Made by a program: the position numbers and the translations under genes. 64,000 nucleotides of DNA from positions 47,052 to 111,051 of the forward strand of contig JBILMN010000001.1 in assembly GCA_044375465.1 (NCBI GenBank), written 5' to 3'. The stretch's first letter is position 1; each line of letters opens with the position of its first letter. The notes below the pieces were generated by a model. That model had not been told where the DNA came from. It saw nothing but the letters and a program-made list of their open reading frames with translations, and ran no database searches. Shown piece by piece: positions 1 to 9,044 of the stretch. The DNA comes from Oligoflexales bacterium. GTDB taxonomy: Bacteria > Bdellovibrionota_B > Oligoflexia > Oligoflexales > RGVZ01.

Positions 1-359
1 TCTTTCTATGGACCCCGCCCCACTTCTGGGCCCTCGCTCTCAAATACAAAGACGACTATGCTACAGCTGGCATCCCCATGATGCCGGTGGTCCGTGGTGA
101 GGCTGCGACGCGCGTGCAGATGTTTTGGTATACGGTATCTCTGCTGCCCGTAGTGGCGTCCCTGACATTATTTGGTGCTGCAGGATGGTTTTACTTGGTT
201 GCGGGTATGGCCTTTACACTCTATTTCGTTTGGATGGCCTGGAAATTAATGCGAACCGGTGACCCCAAAAGAGCCATGCCTTTGTTTCACTACTCATGCC
301 TGTATCTATTTGGGATCTTTGGCGCATTGATGATCGACAGACTCTTTTTTGCCCTTTGA
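1..359 (+). CDS. ctaB: Protoheme IX farnesyltransferase (heme O synthase), C-terminal part; 5' end lies outside the window
   Basis: Frame 3 is open from the window edge. It translates as [30 protein letters not shown]..., the conserved UbiA-family heme O synthase motif, followed by hydrophobic helices. Confidence 0.85.
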   Translation, partial: FLWTPPHFWALALKYKDDYATAGIPMMPVVRGEAATRVQMFWYTVSLLPVVASLTLFGAAGWFYLVAGMAFTLYFVWMAWKLMRTGDPKRAMPLFHYSCLYLFGIFGALMIDRLFFAL

Positions 360-574
360 CAGCTTGGAGCATCCACACCTTGGCGTTGATTCCATCAAAG
401 AAAACACCTCATTCTCGCAAACCGTCCCCGTTCGGGGCGAGGTTTTGGTTGGGATCTGATGAAAGCGCTATCAACCTGAATCGATTTTGGCTGTACCTCG
501 GTGCCATTGGCTTTGCCTTGTGCCTTTTGTGCCTGATCCGCACCATCAGAACTCACTGAGTTTATCGATGGTTA

Positions 575-620
575 GCTCGCTTCCTTGGCCCTCTGGTGGG
601 GGTGCGAGCAATCGTTTTTT
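575..620 (+). terminator. Candidate intrinsic terminator or 3'-UTR hairpin downstream of ctaB
   Basis: GCTCGC (575-580) pairs with GCGAGC (604-609) around a GC-rich interior, followed by AATCGTTTTTT. The loop is large, so this is weak. Confidence 0.3.
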
Positions 621-628
621 AATGATTC

Positions 629-656
629 TTGACATTTTATTAAAAAGATTTAAATT
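629..656 (+). promoter_or_regulatory. Candidate sigma-70 promoter for the Nfu-type gene
   Basis: TTGACA (629-634), a 16-nt AT-rich spacer, then TAAATT (651-656), about 40-55 nt upstream of the possible ATG starts. Confidence 0.3.
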
Positions 657-692
657 CCTTCTGAATCGCTGGTTTTAAGACCAAGCGCCCTG

Positions 693-932
693 ATGTTAGG
701 AATCAAAACTATGATTGAGCAGGTAAAAGAGATTATTGAAAAGGACATCAACCCCCAGCTGGCATTCCACTCTGGTGGCTGCGAGTTGATTGATGTTGAG
801 GACGGCGTTGTGACGATCCGGCTCTTTGGTGGATGTTCTGGCTGCCCGAGCAGTCATATCACGTTGTTCAACGGGATCGTTCCCATACTGAAGGAAAAAA
901 TACCTGACGTCAAAGATGTCATCTTGGGATAA
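693..932 (+). CDS. NifU/Nfu C-terminal-domain Fe-S cluster scaffold or carrier protein
   Basis: INPQLAFHSGGCELIDVEDGVVTIRLFGGCSGCPSS contains the Nfu CxxC motif and typical flanks. The start may instead be the ATG at 711. Confidence 0.75.
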   Translation: MLGIKTMIEQVKEIIEKDINPQLAFHSGGCELIDVEDGVVTIRLFGGCSGCPSSHITLFNGIVPILKEKIPDVKDVILG

Positions 933-941
933 ACGCCATTT

Positions 942-971
942 GGCCGGCAAAATTTGCCGGCCTTTTTTTTT
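942..971 (+). terminator. Rho-independent terminator
   Basis: Perfect palindrome GGCCGGCAAA-A-TTTGCCGGCC, followed immediately by a run of nine T. Confidence 0.85.
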
Positions 972-1030
972 AAAGTGTTTTGTCACCGCACCGATAGCCT
1001 GTGAGGACGACCCAAAAAAAGGGAGTATCC

Positions 1031-1510
1031 ATGACAGGCCAACGATTTATTTTTATGATTTTGATTTACTGCTGTCCCGTTGCCTCGATGGCACAGATGT
1101 CAAGCCAGGGCCCTGGCAAAGGTCCACCGTCGCCCGGCATGGGCAGCAAATACACCTATCCCCAACCCAAAAAAGTCACCACCGTTTCTCCAGAATCAGT
1201 CAACCCTGCGTCACAGGTACCAGAGTATCCGGAGAGGAGCCGTTGGCGCCTGACCAACAAATTGTTTGCAACTGGCTCCAATCCTAATGAGGTTCCCGTC
1301 TATATGTTTGATTCCATATCTGGCCGCCGCTCATTGGTTGGCATGGCATCAGTTGGCGATGACCTGGTCATTGATGAGATCAAGGTCGCCGCCAGGCGTA
1401 TACACTACAAATTCAATTGGAGTGGCTCCGCAGCCTACATCCAAAAAACGGGTGCCAAGGGAGAATTTTGGGTTGATGGCATCAATGTAGAATATGCGGG
1501 AAAAAAATAA
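1031..1510 (+). CDS. Hypothetical exported protein
   Basis: GGGAG lies 5 nt upstream of the ATG at 1031. The N-terminus has a signal peptide (MTGQRFIFMILIYCCPVASMAQ). I recognise no domain. Confidence 0.5.
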   Translation: MTGQRFIFMILIYCCPVASMAQMSSQGPGKGPPSPGMGSKYTYPQPKKVTTVSPESVNPASQVPEYPERSRWRLTNKLFATGSNPNEVPVYMFDSISGRRSLVGMASVGDDLVIDEIKVAARRIHYKFNWSGSAAYIQKTGAKGEFWVDGINVEYAGKK

Positions 1511-1540
1511 ACCGCGTCTGGAAACCCACGGGGCATGTGA

Positions 1541-2437
1541 TCAGAAATATTTCGCCAGCCCCAAACCAACCTTGAGCTTACTGCCGGTCACACTCGCAAC
1601 CAGGGCCTCTTCGCCAGGGCTTTCGATTTTGTGTTCACCACCCATGATCATTTGGTACTGAATCATCGGCTTCAACGCAATATGACCGCCCATAAATATT
1701 TTAGCACCGACATTGAATGCGGGACGCGTTTCGGCGTCAGACTCCTTGTATTCGCTGCCCCCGTCTTCCTTTAGGGAGACTGAAAGTGAGTAACGCTCTA
1801 GATCAATACCAAGAAATGGAACCATCTTATCCTGATGGATGTTTCCTAGATTGAACACAAATGCCGCGCCCAGGCCTGTGCCTTTCATAATCCTTGTGGT
1901 CGTAACCGCCTCGGTCCTTTTTTCAGTTTCTGAACTGTATGAGATCATTGGACCAGCCTCAAAACGGCCAAAGACGAACAGGTATTCAATGCTGAAACTG
2001 ATATCTGTCGTCGTGATCTTGTAGGATTCATTTGAGTATTTCTGAGTTTTGCTTTCGGATTGGTAGGCTAGATCAAGATCCACAGCAGCCTTGTAAGGCA
2101 AGTTGGACTCCTGTTGGCCGTGACCCGAAACAGGCGCTGCCTCGGGGACTGTAGCGTCAACCTTTTTTCGTTTCTTCTTGACGGATTTTCCAGCTGCTGG
2201 AGCTGATGTTGGGTCCTTGCTGGGTGGCGCAACTGCGGCATCGGCTTCGTCCACGGCTTGGGCGATCAAACCTCGGTTGTCGGAGGATGAGGAGTCAGTT
2301 TCAAAATACTCATCCAATGAATCCTGGTTCATCTCGGAATTGATACTGGCGGACTGGTCTCGATGGACCTTCTCGGACGCCAGAGACACCTCGCATACAC
2401 ACCACAATCCCAGTAAGGATACTAATGACCGCTGCAT
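1541..2437 (-). CDS. Outer-membrane beta-barrel protein (hypothetical)
   Basis: Signal peptide from the internal Met (MQRSLVSLLGLWCVCEVSLASE), a low-complexity linker, alternating beta-strand pattern and a C-terminal ...GLGLAKYF with terminal Phe, typical of OMPs. Confidence 0.6.
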   Translation of the reverse strand: MQRSLVSLLGLWCVCEVSLASEKVHRDQSASINSEMNQDSLDEYFETDSSSSDNRGLIAQAVDEADAAVAPPSKDPTSAPAAGKSVKKKRKKVDATVPEAAPVSGHGQQESNLPYKAAVDLDLAYQSESKTQKYSNESYKITTTDISFSIEYLFVFGRFEAGPMISYSSETEKRTEAVTTTRIMKGTGLGAAFVFNLGNIHQDKMVPFLGIDLERYSLSVSLKEDGGSEYKESDAETRPAFNVGAKIFMGGHIALKPMIQYQMIMGGEHKIESPGEEALVASVTGSKLKVGLGLAKYF

Positions 2438-2474
2438 GATCGTCCCCCGAATAAAAAGACCTTTTCTCATGATA

Positions 2475-3323
2475 TCAAAGTTTGTCTTCAAATAAAAATG
2501 CCGCAAGCCTTATAAAATCCTCAGGGCTCAAAGTTTCTGCACGGCGGTTCAAATCCAAAGGACAATCATCATCGGATCGCCCGCGCATAAAGGGTTTTAC
2601 GGCGTTTCGCAGTTTCTTTCTGCGTTGGGTAAACGCGACGCGACAGATTGTCTCGGTGTATTGCAGAAGTTTGCCGGGAGCGGGTTCATCGGGACGAGGA
2701 CGTAGCGTCATCACCGCACTGTCGACTTTTGGCACTGGCGTGAAACAGGTTTTTTCTACTTTAAAATTGAACTCACAGTTGGCTCTGAGCTGACAATAAA
2801 CCGACAGGCTACCGTAATCTTTGCTGTCTGGTGCAGCCACCACGCGTTGCGCAAACTCCAGCTGCACCATAAAAATCGCTGCATTAAGATGGTGAAGGTG
2901 TGGCAATAGCCACATGATGATTGGGGTGGAGATGTTGTAGGGAATATTACCAACCACGCCACAGGGAACATCGGGCGTTCTTTGAATCCATGATGCAAGG
3001 TCAAAATCAAGGATATCGGTATTCACAATCTCAATATTGTGCACCCGCCCCGCGTCGATCAGACCCAACATTCGTGCCGCGAAGCGTTCGTCTTTTTCAA
3101 CCGCCGTCACCATGATTCCCGACCGTGCAAGCGCCTCGGTCAAAATGCCATTTCCGGGGCCGATCTCAAGAACACGCTTTATTCCAAGATCTTTTGCTTG
3201 TTCCACCACCTTGTTGACAGGCCAGTCAGTATTCAGGAATACCTGGCCGAGACTCTTCTTTTGGCTGATACGAGAATCGCTGTGACGAATTTTGGTACTT
3301 TGATCGCTGTAGCCACGACGCAT
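2475..3323 (-). CDS. rsmA: 16S rRNA (adenine1518/1519-N6)-dimethyltransferase
   Basis: LGQVFLNTDWPVNKVV...VLEIGPGNGILTEAL (SAM-binding motif), GNIPYNISTPII, and RRKKLRNA near the C-terminus. Confidence 0.9.
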   Translation of the reverse strand: MRRGYSDQSTKIRHSDSRISQKKSLGQVFLNTDWPVNKVVEQAKDLGIKRVLEIGPGNGILTEALARSGIMVTAVEKDERFAARMLGLIDAGRVHNIEIVNTDILDFDLASWIQRTPDVPCGVVGNIPYNISTPIIMWLLPHLHHLNAAIFMVQLEFAQRVVAAPDSKDYGSLSVYCQLRANCEFNFKVEKTCFTPVPKVDSAVMTLRPRPDEPAPGKLLQYTETICRVAFTQRRKKLRNAVKPFMRGRSDDDCPLDLNRRAETLSPEDFIRLAAFLFEDKL

Positions 3324-3349
3324 GGTTGGCTTCCTATGTGATAATGGAG

Positions 3350-4387
3350 TCAGTTAGGGATATCTTTGGCGATAAACTGCTCAAACGGATAGCGAGAAAA
3401 AACATCCCAATTGCGTTGATGCATCGTCTGATTTGTACTCCATTTATAATATGCCATAGCAGCGATCATTGCACCATTGTCCGAGCAAAACCTCAGGGGA
3501 GGGAACCATATTGGTAAGTTTAACGCATCGTTGATCATGGTTTTAAACCTCTGATTGGCTGCAACCCCTCCGGCAACGATGACGCTTTTTGCCTCTGGTC
3601 GCAATGTTACGGCCAATTTCAGTTTCCTGATGATTTGACCAAGAGCCTCTTCCTGAAAGGCATAAGCGATATCGGCCAAAGCAACCTTTTTGTCATCAGC
3701 GCTCTTGATGGCAAGAGATACCGCCGTCTTGAGACCGGAGTAAGAAAACATCAATTGGCTTTTACGCTCAACCATACGTGGCATTGGCACCACTCCTGGC
3801 TTGCCAGTTTGTGCAAGGCGCTCAACGTGTGGCCCTCCTGGATAGGGTAGGCCCATCATTTTACCAACTTTGTCGAAGGACTCACCGCAAGCGTCATCAA
3901 TGGTGTGCGCAAGCAGCTCATAATGAACCGGTGATACCATGTAGTACAGATTGGTATGTCCGCCACTGACGACCAGAGCCAGAGTGGGAAAGAGTGCATC
4001 CAGTGGCGCGTCGATGCCAAGGATAGCGCCATGAACATGCGCATGAACATGGTTGACTGGAATGAGTGGTTTACCTGTACTCTGCGCAAGTCCCTTTGCA
4101 AATGAAGCGCCAACCAGCAGGCAGCCAATCAGCCCAGGCCCCTGAGTGACTGCAATCGCATCGATGTCACTGACCAAGGTCTTTGTCTCGGTCAAGAGCT
4201 GATCAAACATGTTTTGAATGGCGGTCAGGTGTTCCCGGGCGGCGATTTCAGGAATCACACCGCCCCATTTCGCATGGGTTTCCACCTGCGACGCGATCAA
4301 TGAACCAAGAACCTGTTTACCGTCCTTGACAAGAGCTAACGCCGTTTCGTCACAGCTGGACTCAACACCCAAAATTAGCATGGCCAT
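3350..4387 (-). CDS. tsaD: tRNA N6-adenosine threonylcarbamoyltransferase
   Basis: ILGVESSCDETALALV, HLTAI, NHVHAHV and SGGHTNLY are Kae1/TsaD signatures across the full length. Confidence 0.92.
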   Translation of the reverse strand: MAMLILGVESSCDETALALVKDGKQVLGSLIASQVETHAKWGGVIPEIAAREHLTAIQNMFDQLLTETKTLVSDIDAIAVTQGPGLIGCLLVGASFAKGLAQSTGKPLIPVNHVHAHVHGAILGIDAPLDALFPTLALVVSGGHTNLYYMVSPVHYELLAHTIDDACGESFDKVGKMMGLPYPGGPHVERLAQTGKPGVVPMPRMVERKSQLMFSYSGLKTAVSLAIKSADDKKVALADIAYAFQEEALGQIIRKLKLAVTLRPEAKSVIVAGGVAANQRFKTMINDALNLPIWFPPLRFCSDNGAMIAAMAYYKWSTNQTMHQRNWDVFSRYPFEQFIAKDIPN

Positions 4388-4402
4388 GATGACCTCAGGT
4401 CA

Positions 4403-5266
4403 TTATTTTTTTGATCTGAGGGCTTTCTTCGCCTTCTCACCCTCGGGACTGTTCGCATATTTTGTAGCAACTTCATCGTAGAATAAGCGCGAGGTATCTT
4501 TATCTCCCATCGCCTTAAATGCGTCGCCGAGTCGAAGCTTCGCAATGGCCATGTTTTTATCTGATGGTTTCGATTCAACCACTTCATTGAATTGAAGGGC
4601 TGCCTCTTTCGGACGTCCAACCTTGAGCAGGCTTTCTCCATATGCGATCAAGATTTGCTCACGCTCTTTGCCTTTGGCTTTTTTTAGGGCCAAGGGAGCA
4701 TCCTCGACCACTTCTTTGTATTTTTTTCGCTCGAATGCCGACTGGATACTGGTGGCATCCGCATTGCTAGCCGAAGAGTCTTCTTTTTTGAGTTTTTTGC
4801 CGGATGCCCCCGACTTGTCGCTCACCTTTTCAGAGCCCTTGTCGGAGCCTTTTTCCATGGATGCCATCAGGTCTTTTTGGTTGGCTTCCAATGCATCCAA
4901 TCGGGCCCTGATTTCCGCAAGCTGCGAACCGATGGATCCCTCCTGCGGCGTTTCCTGTCCAGGCATTTGCCCAGTTTGAACGCCAACCCGCAAGGCATCA
5001 ATCTCACCTTTCATCCGCTTGACCTCAATGTTGAGGCGTTCAACATCAGAAGACGTTGTCGCGATCGTCCGATGATGCTGTTCCCCTGTCTTTTGATCGA
5101 CGGCACGGTTTGTTGAAACATTGGTTTCAAGCTGCAGGACACGGGTTTGCAGGCGAAAAATATCGTCTTCCATGTCCTTCTTTTGCTGCGGCGTCATACA
5201 AGCCGATAACAAAAAAGCCGTGAGGCTTGATAAAGCAAAAAATGTTCGCCTTGGAATCTGTCTCAT
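4403..5266 (-). CDS. CpoB/YbgF-like lipoprotein (coiled coil plus C-terminal TPR)
   Basis: GGAGG lies upstream of the ATG at 5266. There is a lipobox (LLSAC), a coiled-coil segment (LQTRVLQLETN, IDALR, RLDALEANQ) and a TPR-like tail (YGESLLKVGRPKEAALQFNEVV...LGDAFKAMGDKD). Confidence 0.6.
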   Translation of the reverse strand: MRQIPRRTFFALSSLTAFLLSACMTPQQKKDMEDDIFRLQTRVLQLETNVSTNRAVDQKTGEQHHRTIATTSSDVERLNIEVKRMKGEIDALRVGVQTGQMPGQETPQEGSIGSQLAEIRARLDALEANQKDLMASMEKGSDKGSEKVSDKSGASGKKLKKEDSSASNADATSIQSAFERKKYKEVVEDAPLALKKAKGKEREQILIAYGESLLKVGRPKEAALQFNEVVESKPSDKNMAIAKLRLGDAFKAMGDKDTSRLFYDEVATKYANSPEGEKAKKALRSKK

Positions 5267-5393
5267 CAGTAAGAATCCTCCAGATGCTACGGGGCAGAAT
5301 CTCATGCAGATTTTGTCATGAATTAATTGATTATTCTAGTTTTTTTGGGGGCTTAAGCAACCTGATTAAAATCAAAGCAGTAATTTTTACAAA

Positions 5394-5852
5394 TCACGCC
5401 ACGTTCTTGCCGCCAACTTTCGCACCGCGGGCGCGACGCCGAAGGTTTACCATCAGCTGAAAATATCGATTCGACTCCTGCTTCCATGTTCGGGCGAAGG
5501 ATGGTTTTGCGTTTTGATCGACACAGACAAGTTTGTAGTTTTCCTTTGCGGCAAGTATACCGTTAATATCATTATGAAATCTTTTAAGCTCCCGGCGCCA
5601 TTCGGGCGTTTGTTCCGCTTTTTTGCGCGCTACCGCGGCTTCTTCTTTCTTTATCGCCGCTTCTCCGCTATCCTCGGCCGGCGCGCTGGATTCAGCTTTA
5701 GCATCCGGGGTTTGGGCGTCCACAGTATCGTTAGCCTGCGCGGGTTCTTGAGACCCCATATCAGGTGGGTTGGCGGTTTCGTGCTCCAGCTCAGCTTCAG
5801 TGCTCTCGCTGATTGTGGCTTGATTGATGGTGTCTTCAGTTTGGTCGTTCAT
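5394..5852 (-). CDS. Hypothetical protein (acidic N-terminal half, basic C-terminus)
   Basis: Long ORF in the expected orientation with no competing ORF. I recognise no domain. Confidence 0.45.
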   Translation of the reverse strand: MNDQTEDTINQATISESTEAELEHETANPPDMGSQEPAQANDTVDAQTPDAKAESSAPAEDSGEAAIKKEEAAVARKKAEQTPEWRRELKRFHNDINGILAAKENYKLVCVDQNAKPSFARTWKQESNRYFQLMVNLRRRARGAKVGGKNVA

Positions 5853-5983
5853 AGATTCCCACCAGGCATGATTATAGATCGGGCATCTTCACCAGTCGTG
5901 GTCACGGGAACGGTATCGGTCGCAGCGCGAAATTTTTGAGGGTGGCACCGCAGGAACAATGAAAAACCGGTGCAACAATTGTT

Positions 5984-7672
5984 TTGGTTACAGCAGAAAG
6001 AATGAACAAAATGAGTTTAGAAAATTCGGGCCTTGAGTTGGAAGATTCCATTTTAGAAGATGTGCCAGAGCGACCACTAAAGGACGACCAAATAACCACG
6101 GCAGCCACGTTTGAGGAGGCTGGCGTCAGTGCTGAGGTTGCGACCGCCGTAAAAAAAATCGGTTGGACAGCTCCCACTCCCGTACAGGGCATGTGTTTGC
6201 CCTTAACTACAAAGGGTCGTGACGTAGCCGGTTTTGCGCAAACAGGAACTGGGAAAACAGGTGTCTTTGTCATCACGGTTGCCGAGCGTTTGCATGGGCA
6301 ACCAATCCCTGTTCGCGCTCGCAAGGACGTTGCTGTGCCTGAGGTGATCGTGCTAACCCCCACGCGCGAGCTAGCCATGCAGATCGATGACGATGCGCAA
6401 AAGGTCATCGCTCCACTTGGTATCAAGTCTGTACCCGTTTTTGGCGGCGTAGATCTCGAAAAACAAGCCGCGGCGTTCAAGGACGCGCCACGGATGATTG
6501 TGGCGACCCCGGGACGACTCAAAGATTTCTTTCAGAGAAAAATCGTCGACTTATCCCAAGTGAAGATTTTTATTTGTGACGAAGCCGACCGGATGTTTGA
6601 CATGGGCTTTATCGATGATGTGGAATACTTTCTGGACAAGATCCCTGAAGAAGCGCAAAAACTCTTATTTTCCGCAACCACTAATGACAACGTTAAAGAA
6701 CTTGCGTTTGAGTACCTCAATCAGCCAGCCTATATTTCGGTGAATCCAGAGGAGCTGACGCCGGAGCTTATTGATCAACATGCCGTGATCTGTGATACCT
6801 CCAATAAACTGCAGGTCATGCTTGGCTTGATTCGCGAGCATCACCCCGTTTGTGCCATCATCTTCACAAACACGAAGATGACAGCCGAATGGCTGCATTT
6901 CAAACTGGCGGGAAATGGGATCGACGTGGATTTGATTACCGGTGACCTCCCGCAGAAGAAACGGATTCAGTTAATCCAGCGCATTAAGGAAGGCAAAGTC
7001 AAGGCCCTCATTGCGACAGACGTGGCCAGCCGTGGTTTGCACATTAGTAAAGTGAGCCATGTCTATAACTTTGATGTTCCTGACGATCCCGCCAATTATG
7101 TGCATCGCATTGGCAGAACTGCCCGCGCTGGAGCCAAAGGCAGCTCCTACACCCTCGTTTGTGAGGATTACGGAGAAAATATACGACCCATTCAAGACAT
7201 GCTTGGCTCAAAAATCGAGCTGAAGGGTGAATGGTTCAATCCAGAGTACCTTAGCATCAAAGATCTGGCTGGCAACCCGTACGCCCAGGGAGGTGCTTTA
7301 TACAGAGATCCTAAGGATCGATTCGACCGCAAAGGCGCCCAATCTCGGAGTGATGAACGCGGCGGTCGAGGTAAGTTTGCAGAGCGAGAACGGTCTGAAC
7401 GCTCGTCACGAGCTCCATCTCCTAAAGGGCCCGATAACCTTTCCCACGCTGCAAAATCAGGCAGAACCATCCATCAAAAATCATCGGATAGCCGGCAGCA
7501 GCGAGATCGCCAAGACGTGCCTGGCAAAGCGCGTCAATCATCAGCTCAAAGACACGGGGCGAGCACGCTGAGCCACGCCCAAAAACCAGTCGTCTACCGG
7601 GCGGAAGGGACGCCGATCGGCATTGTTGGTTGGGTGGTCAAGCTCTTTAAAGGCCTGTTTGGCATGAAGTGA
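5984..7672 (+). CDS. DEAD-box ATP-dependent RNA helicase with an Arg/Ser-rich C-terminal tail
   Basis: Q motif (TPTPVQ), AQTGTGKT, PTRELA, DEAD, SAT and HRIGRTARAG are all present. The start is TTG at 5984 or ATG at 6002. Confidence 0.92.
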   Translation: MVTAERMNKMSLENSGLELEDSILEDVPERPLKDDQITTAATFEEAGVSAEVATAVKKIGWTAPTPVQGMCLPLTTKGRDVAGFAQTGTGKTGVFVITVAERLHGQPIPVRARKDVAVPEVIVLTPTRELAMQIDDDAQKVIAPLGIKSVPVFGGVDLEKQAAAFKDAPRMIVATPGRLKDFFQRKIVDLSQVKIFICDEADRMFDMGFIDDVEYFLDKIPEEAQKLLFSATTNDNVKELAFEYLNQPAYISVNPEELTPELIDQHAVICDTSNKLQVMLGLIREHHPVCAIIFTNTKMTAEWLHFKLAGNGIDVDLITGDLPQKKRIQLIQRIKEGKVKALIATDVASRGLHISKVSHVYNFDVPDDPANYVHRIGRTARAGAKGSSYTLVCEDYGENIRPIQDMLGSKIELKGEWFNPEYLSIKDLAGNPYAQGGALYRDPKDRFDRKGAQSRSDERGGRGKFAERERSERSSRAPSPKGPDNLSHAAKSGRTIHQKSSDSRQQRDRQDVPGKARQSSAQRHGASTLSHAQKPVVYRAEGTPIGIVGWVVKLFKGLFGMK

Positions 7673-7732
7673 GGTATTGCCTCCTACAGCTGATGGTCGT
7701 TAGAATAAAAGCCCACTAAAGGGAACGTTGAG

Positions 7733-8017
7733 GTGCTATGTATGTCTCAGGTCATCGTCACAGAAGATAACTTAAAGCAGCGTCGGCAGAAGAGCGCTGA
7801 GAGCGAGCGGCAAATTGATAGCGAGGGCGCCATGAACCGTTGGCGCATGTCCGATGTAACTGGATTTGACCCAGTCGCCGCCGCGGTTGGAATTGCGGTT
7901 TTGCCCATTGCGTTGAGCTGGTACATCATCGGAGCCTTAGTAAAACTCGCGATCTATGTGTCTATTTCCGTCAGTCGTTTCGTTGGCTCGTTGATCGGAC
8001 GCTCGAAGGCCCTGTAA
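7733..8017 (+). CDS. Hypothetical small membrane protein
   Basis: ORF with two hydrophobic helices in the C-terminal half. No homology recognised. Confidence 0.35.
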   Translation: MLCMSQVIVTEDNLKQRRQKSAESERQIDSEGAMNRWRMSDVTGFDPVAAAVGIAVLPIALSWYIIGALVKLAIYVSISVSRFVGSLIGRSKAL

Positions 8018-8029
8018 ATGGTCTCTCTG

Positions 8030-8560
8030 TTAAAGATTTGAGCGAATGATCTTCATCATAGCCGTGACCTCGACTTCAGTCATGGGGCCTCTTTTCACGT
8101 ACAAGGGTTTGCCGTCCCTTCCAAATATGACCACATTCACAGAGTCGTCTTTGAGATCCCATCCTTTCACTAACGCCTTGTTCAGGTCCTTGACGTAGAT
8201 TGTACGGGGGAATTTCTCCTGTTTTTTCTTGAGCTCACTATCGATCATACTATTCGGATACCATGCCGCAGCCATGTTGATAATAGCAACACTGGCATGT
8301 TTTTCCGGAGGGAAATGTTCAACATCGTAGGCTTTTTCCACTATCTCATTGAGTTTTTTTTCCTCGGGATCAATGTAAAAAAGACTGACAATTTTGCCGG
8401 TTTTGGCGATTTCTTCAGACGACCAAGGATCACCGGACACTTTGCCGCCCGCAGGCCCCTCCAGCTTTATCATGGCCGGCGTCTCACTGACAGCGATGGG
8501 AGAGGCCTGGACCGTTTGACTGCAGATCATTGTGATCACTAATCCGAGAATTTTTTTCAT
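8030..8560 (-). CDS. YtfJ-family periplasmic protein (thioredoxin-like fold)
   Basis: Signal peptide MKKILGLVITMICSQTVQA after a GAGAAAGG RBS. The pattern W.S..I..GKIV, FPPEK, AIINMAAAW, KKQEKFP, W.L.DDS..VVIF..DGK matches my recollection of the YtfJ_HI0045 family. Confidence 0.55.
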   Translation of the reverse strand: MKKILGLVITMICSQTVQASPIAVSETPAMIKLEGPAGGKVSGDPWSSEEIAKTGKIVSLFYIDPEEKKLNEIVEKAYDVEHFPPEKHASVAIINMAAAWYPNSMIDSELKKKQEKFPRTIYVKDLNKALVKGWDLKDDSVNVVIFGRDGKPLYVKRGPMTEVEVTAMMKIIRSNL

Positions 8561-8649
8561 AACTGCACCTTTCTCCATACGCATTGATTTCAAATGACGA
8601 AGACCCACATTTAACGTATATCGGTCACCTGCGAGGAAATTTAGAGGTC

Positions 8650-8904
8650 ATGTCTAAATTTAATTTTGTCACAATAGTGAAGAGCGCCCACCAACTCGGG
8701 CGACGGGTCACCGCTTTATCCTTTATCGGGTTGATTCTGATTGGCAACCTCTGGTTGATCAAGAAGTTTACGGGTGAGGTCGCTTCTGACTGGAGTGCGT
8801 CGCTTTTCTATTTTTTTAGCTTAATGGTCGCTATCGGGGCGCTTTTGATGGTGCCGTATTGGGTGAAACCATCGAAAGACTCAGAGGAATCTGGCGTTGA
8901 TTGA
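8650..8904 (+). CDS. Hypothetical membrane protein
   Basis: AGAGG RBS before the ATG at 8650, and two predicted TM helices. Confidence 0.4.
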   Translation: MSKFNFVTIVKSAHQLGRRVTALSFIGLILIGNLWLIKKFTGEVASDWSASLFYFFSLMVAIGALLMVPYWVKPSKDSEESGVD

Positions 8905-9044
8905 AACATCAACCAAAGACTCACGATTAATGGGGGAGGTTATGCCCACCGATAACACTCCTAAGTTGGAGTATCATTAGGGTACACGATCTTTAAGTTT
9001 TGTGTCGACCGTAACGAACACCTTCAGTCGAGGAGAGGCTTTCT

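Noticed and set aside
296-678. Two overlapping + strand ORFs (87 aa and 63 aa) in the ctaB-nfu spacer.
   Set aside because: They have odd composition, no RBS and no motif. One overlaps the end of ctaB. The region is better explained as 3' UTR, terminator and promoter.
5902-6522. A 206-aa minus-strand ORF.
   Set aside because: It lies entirely antisense to the well-supported DEAD-box helicase gene. It is a Ser/Thr/Ala/Pro-rich shadow ORF typical of the opposite frame.
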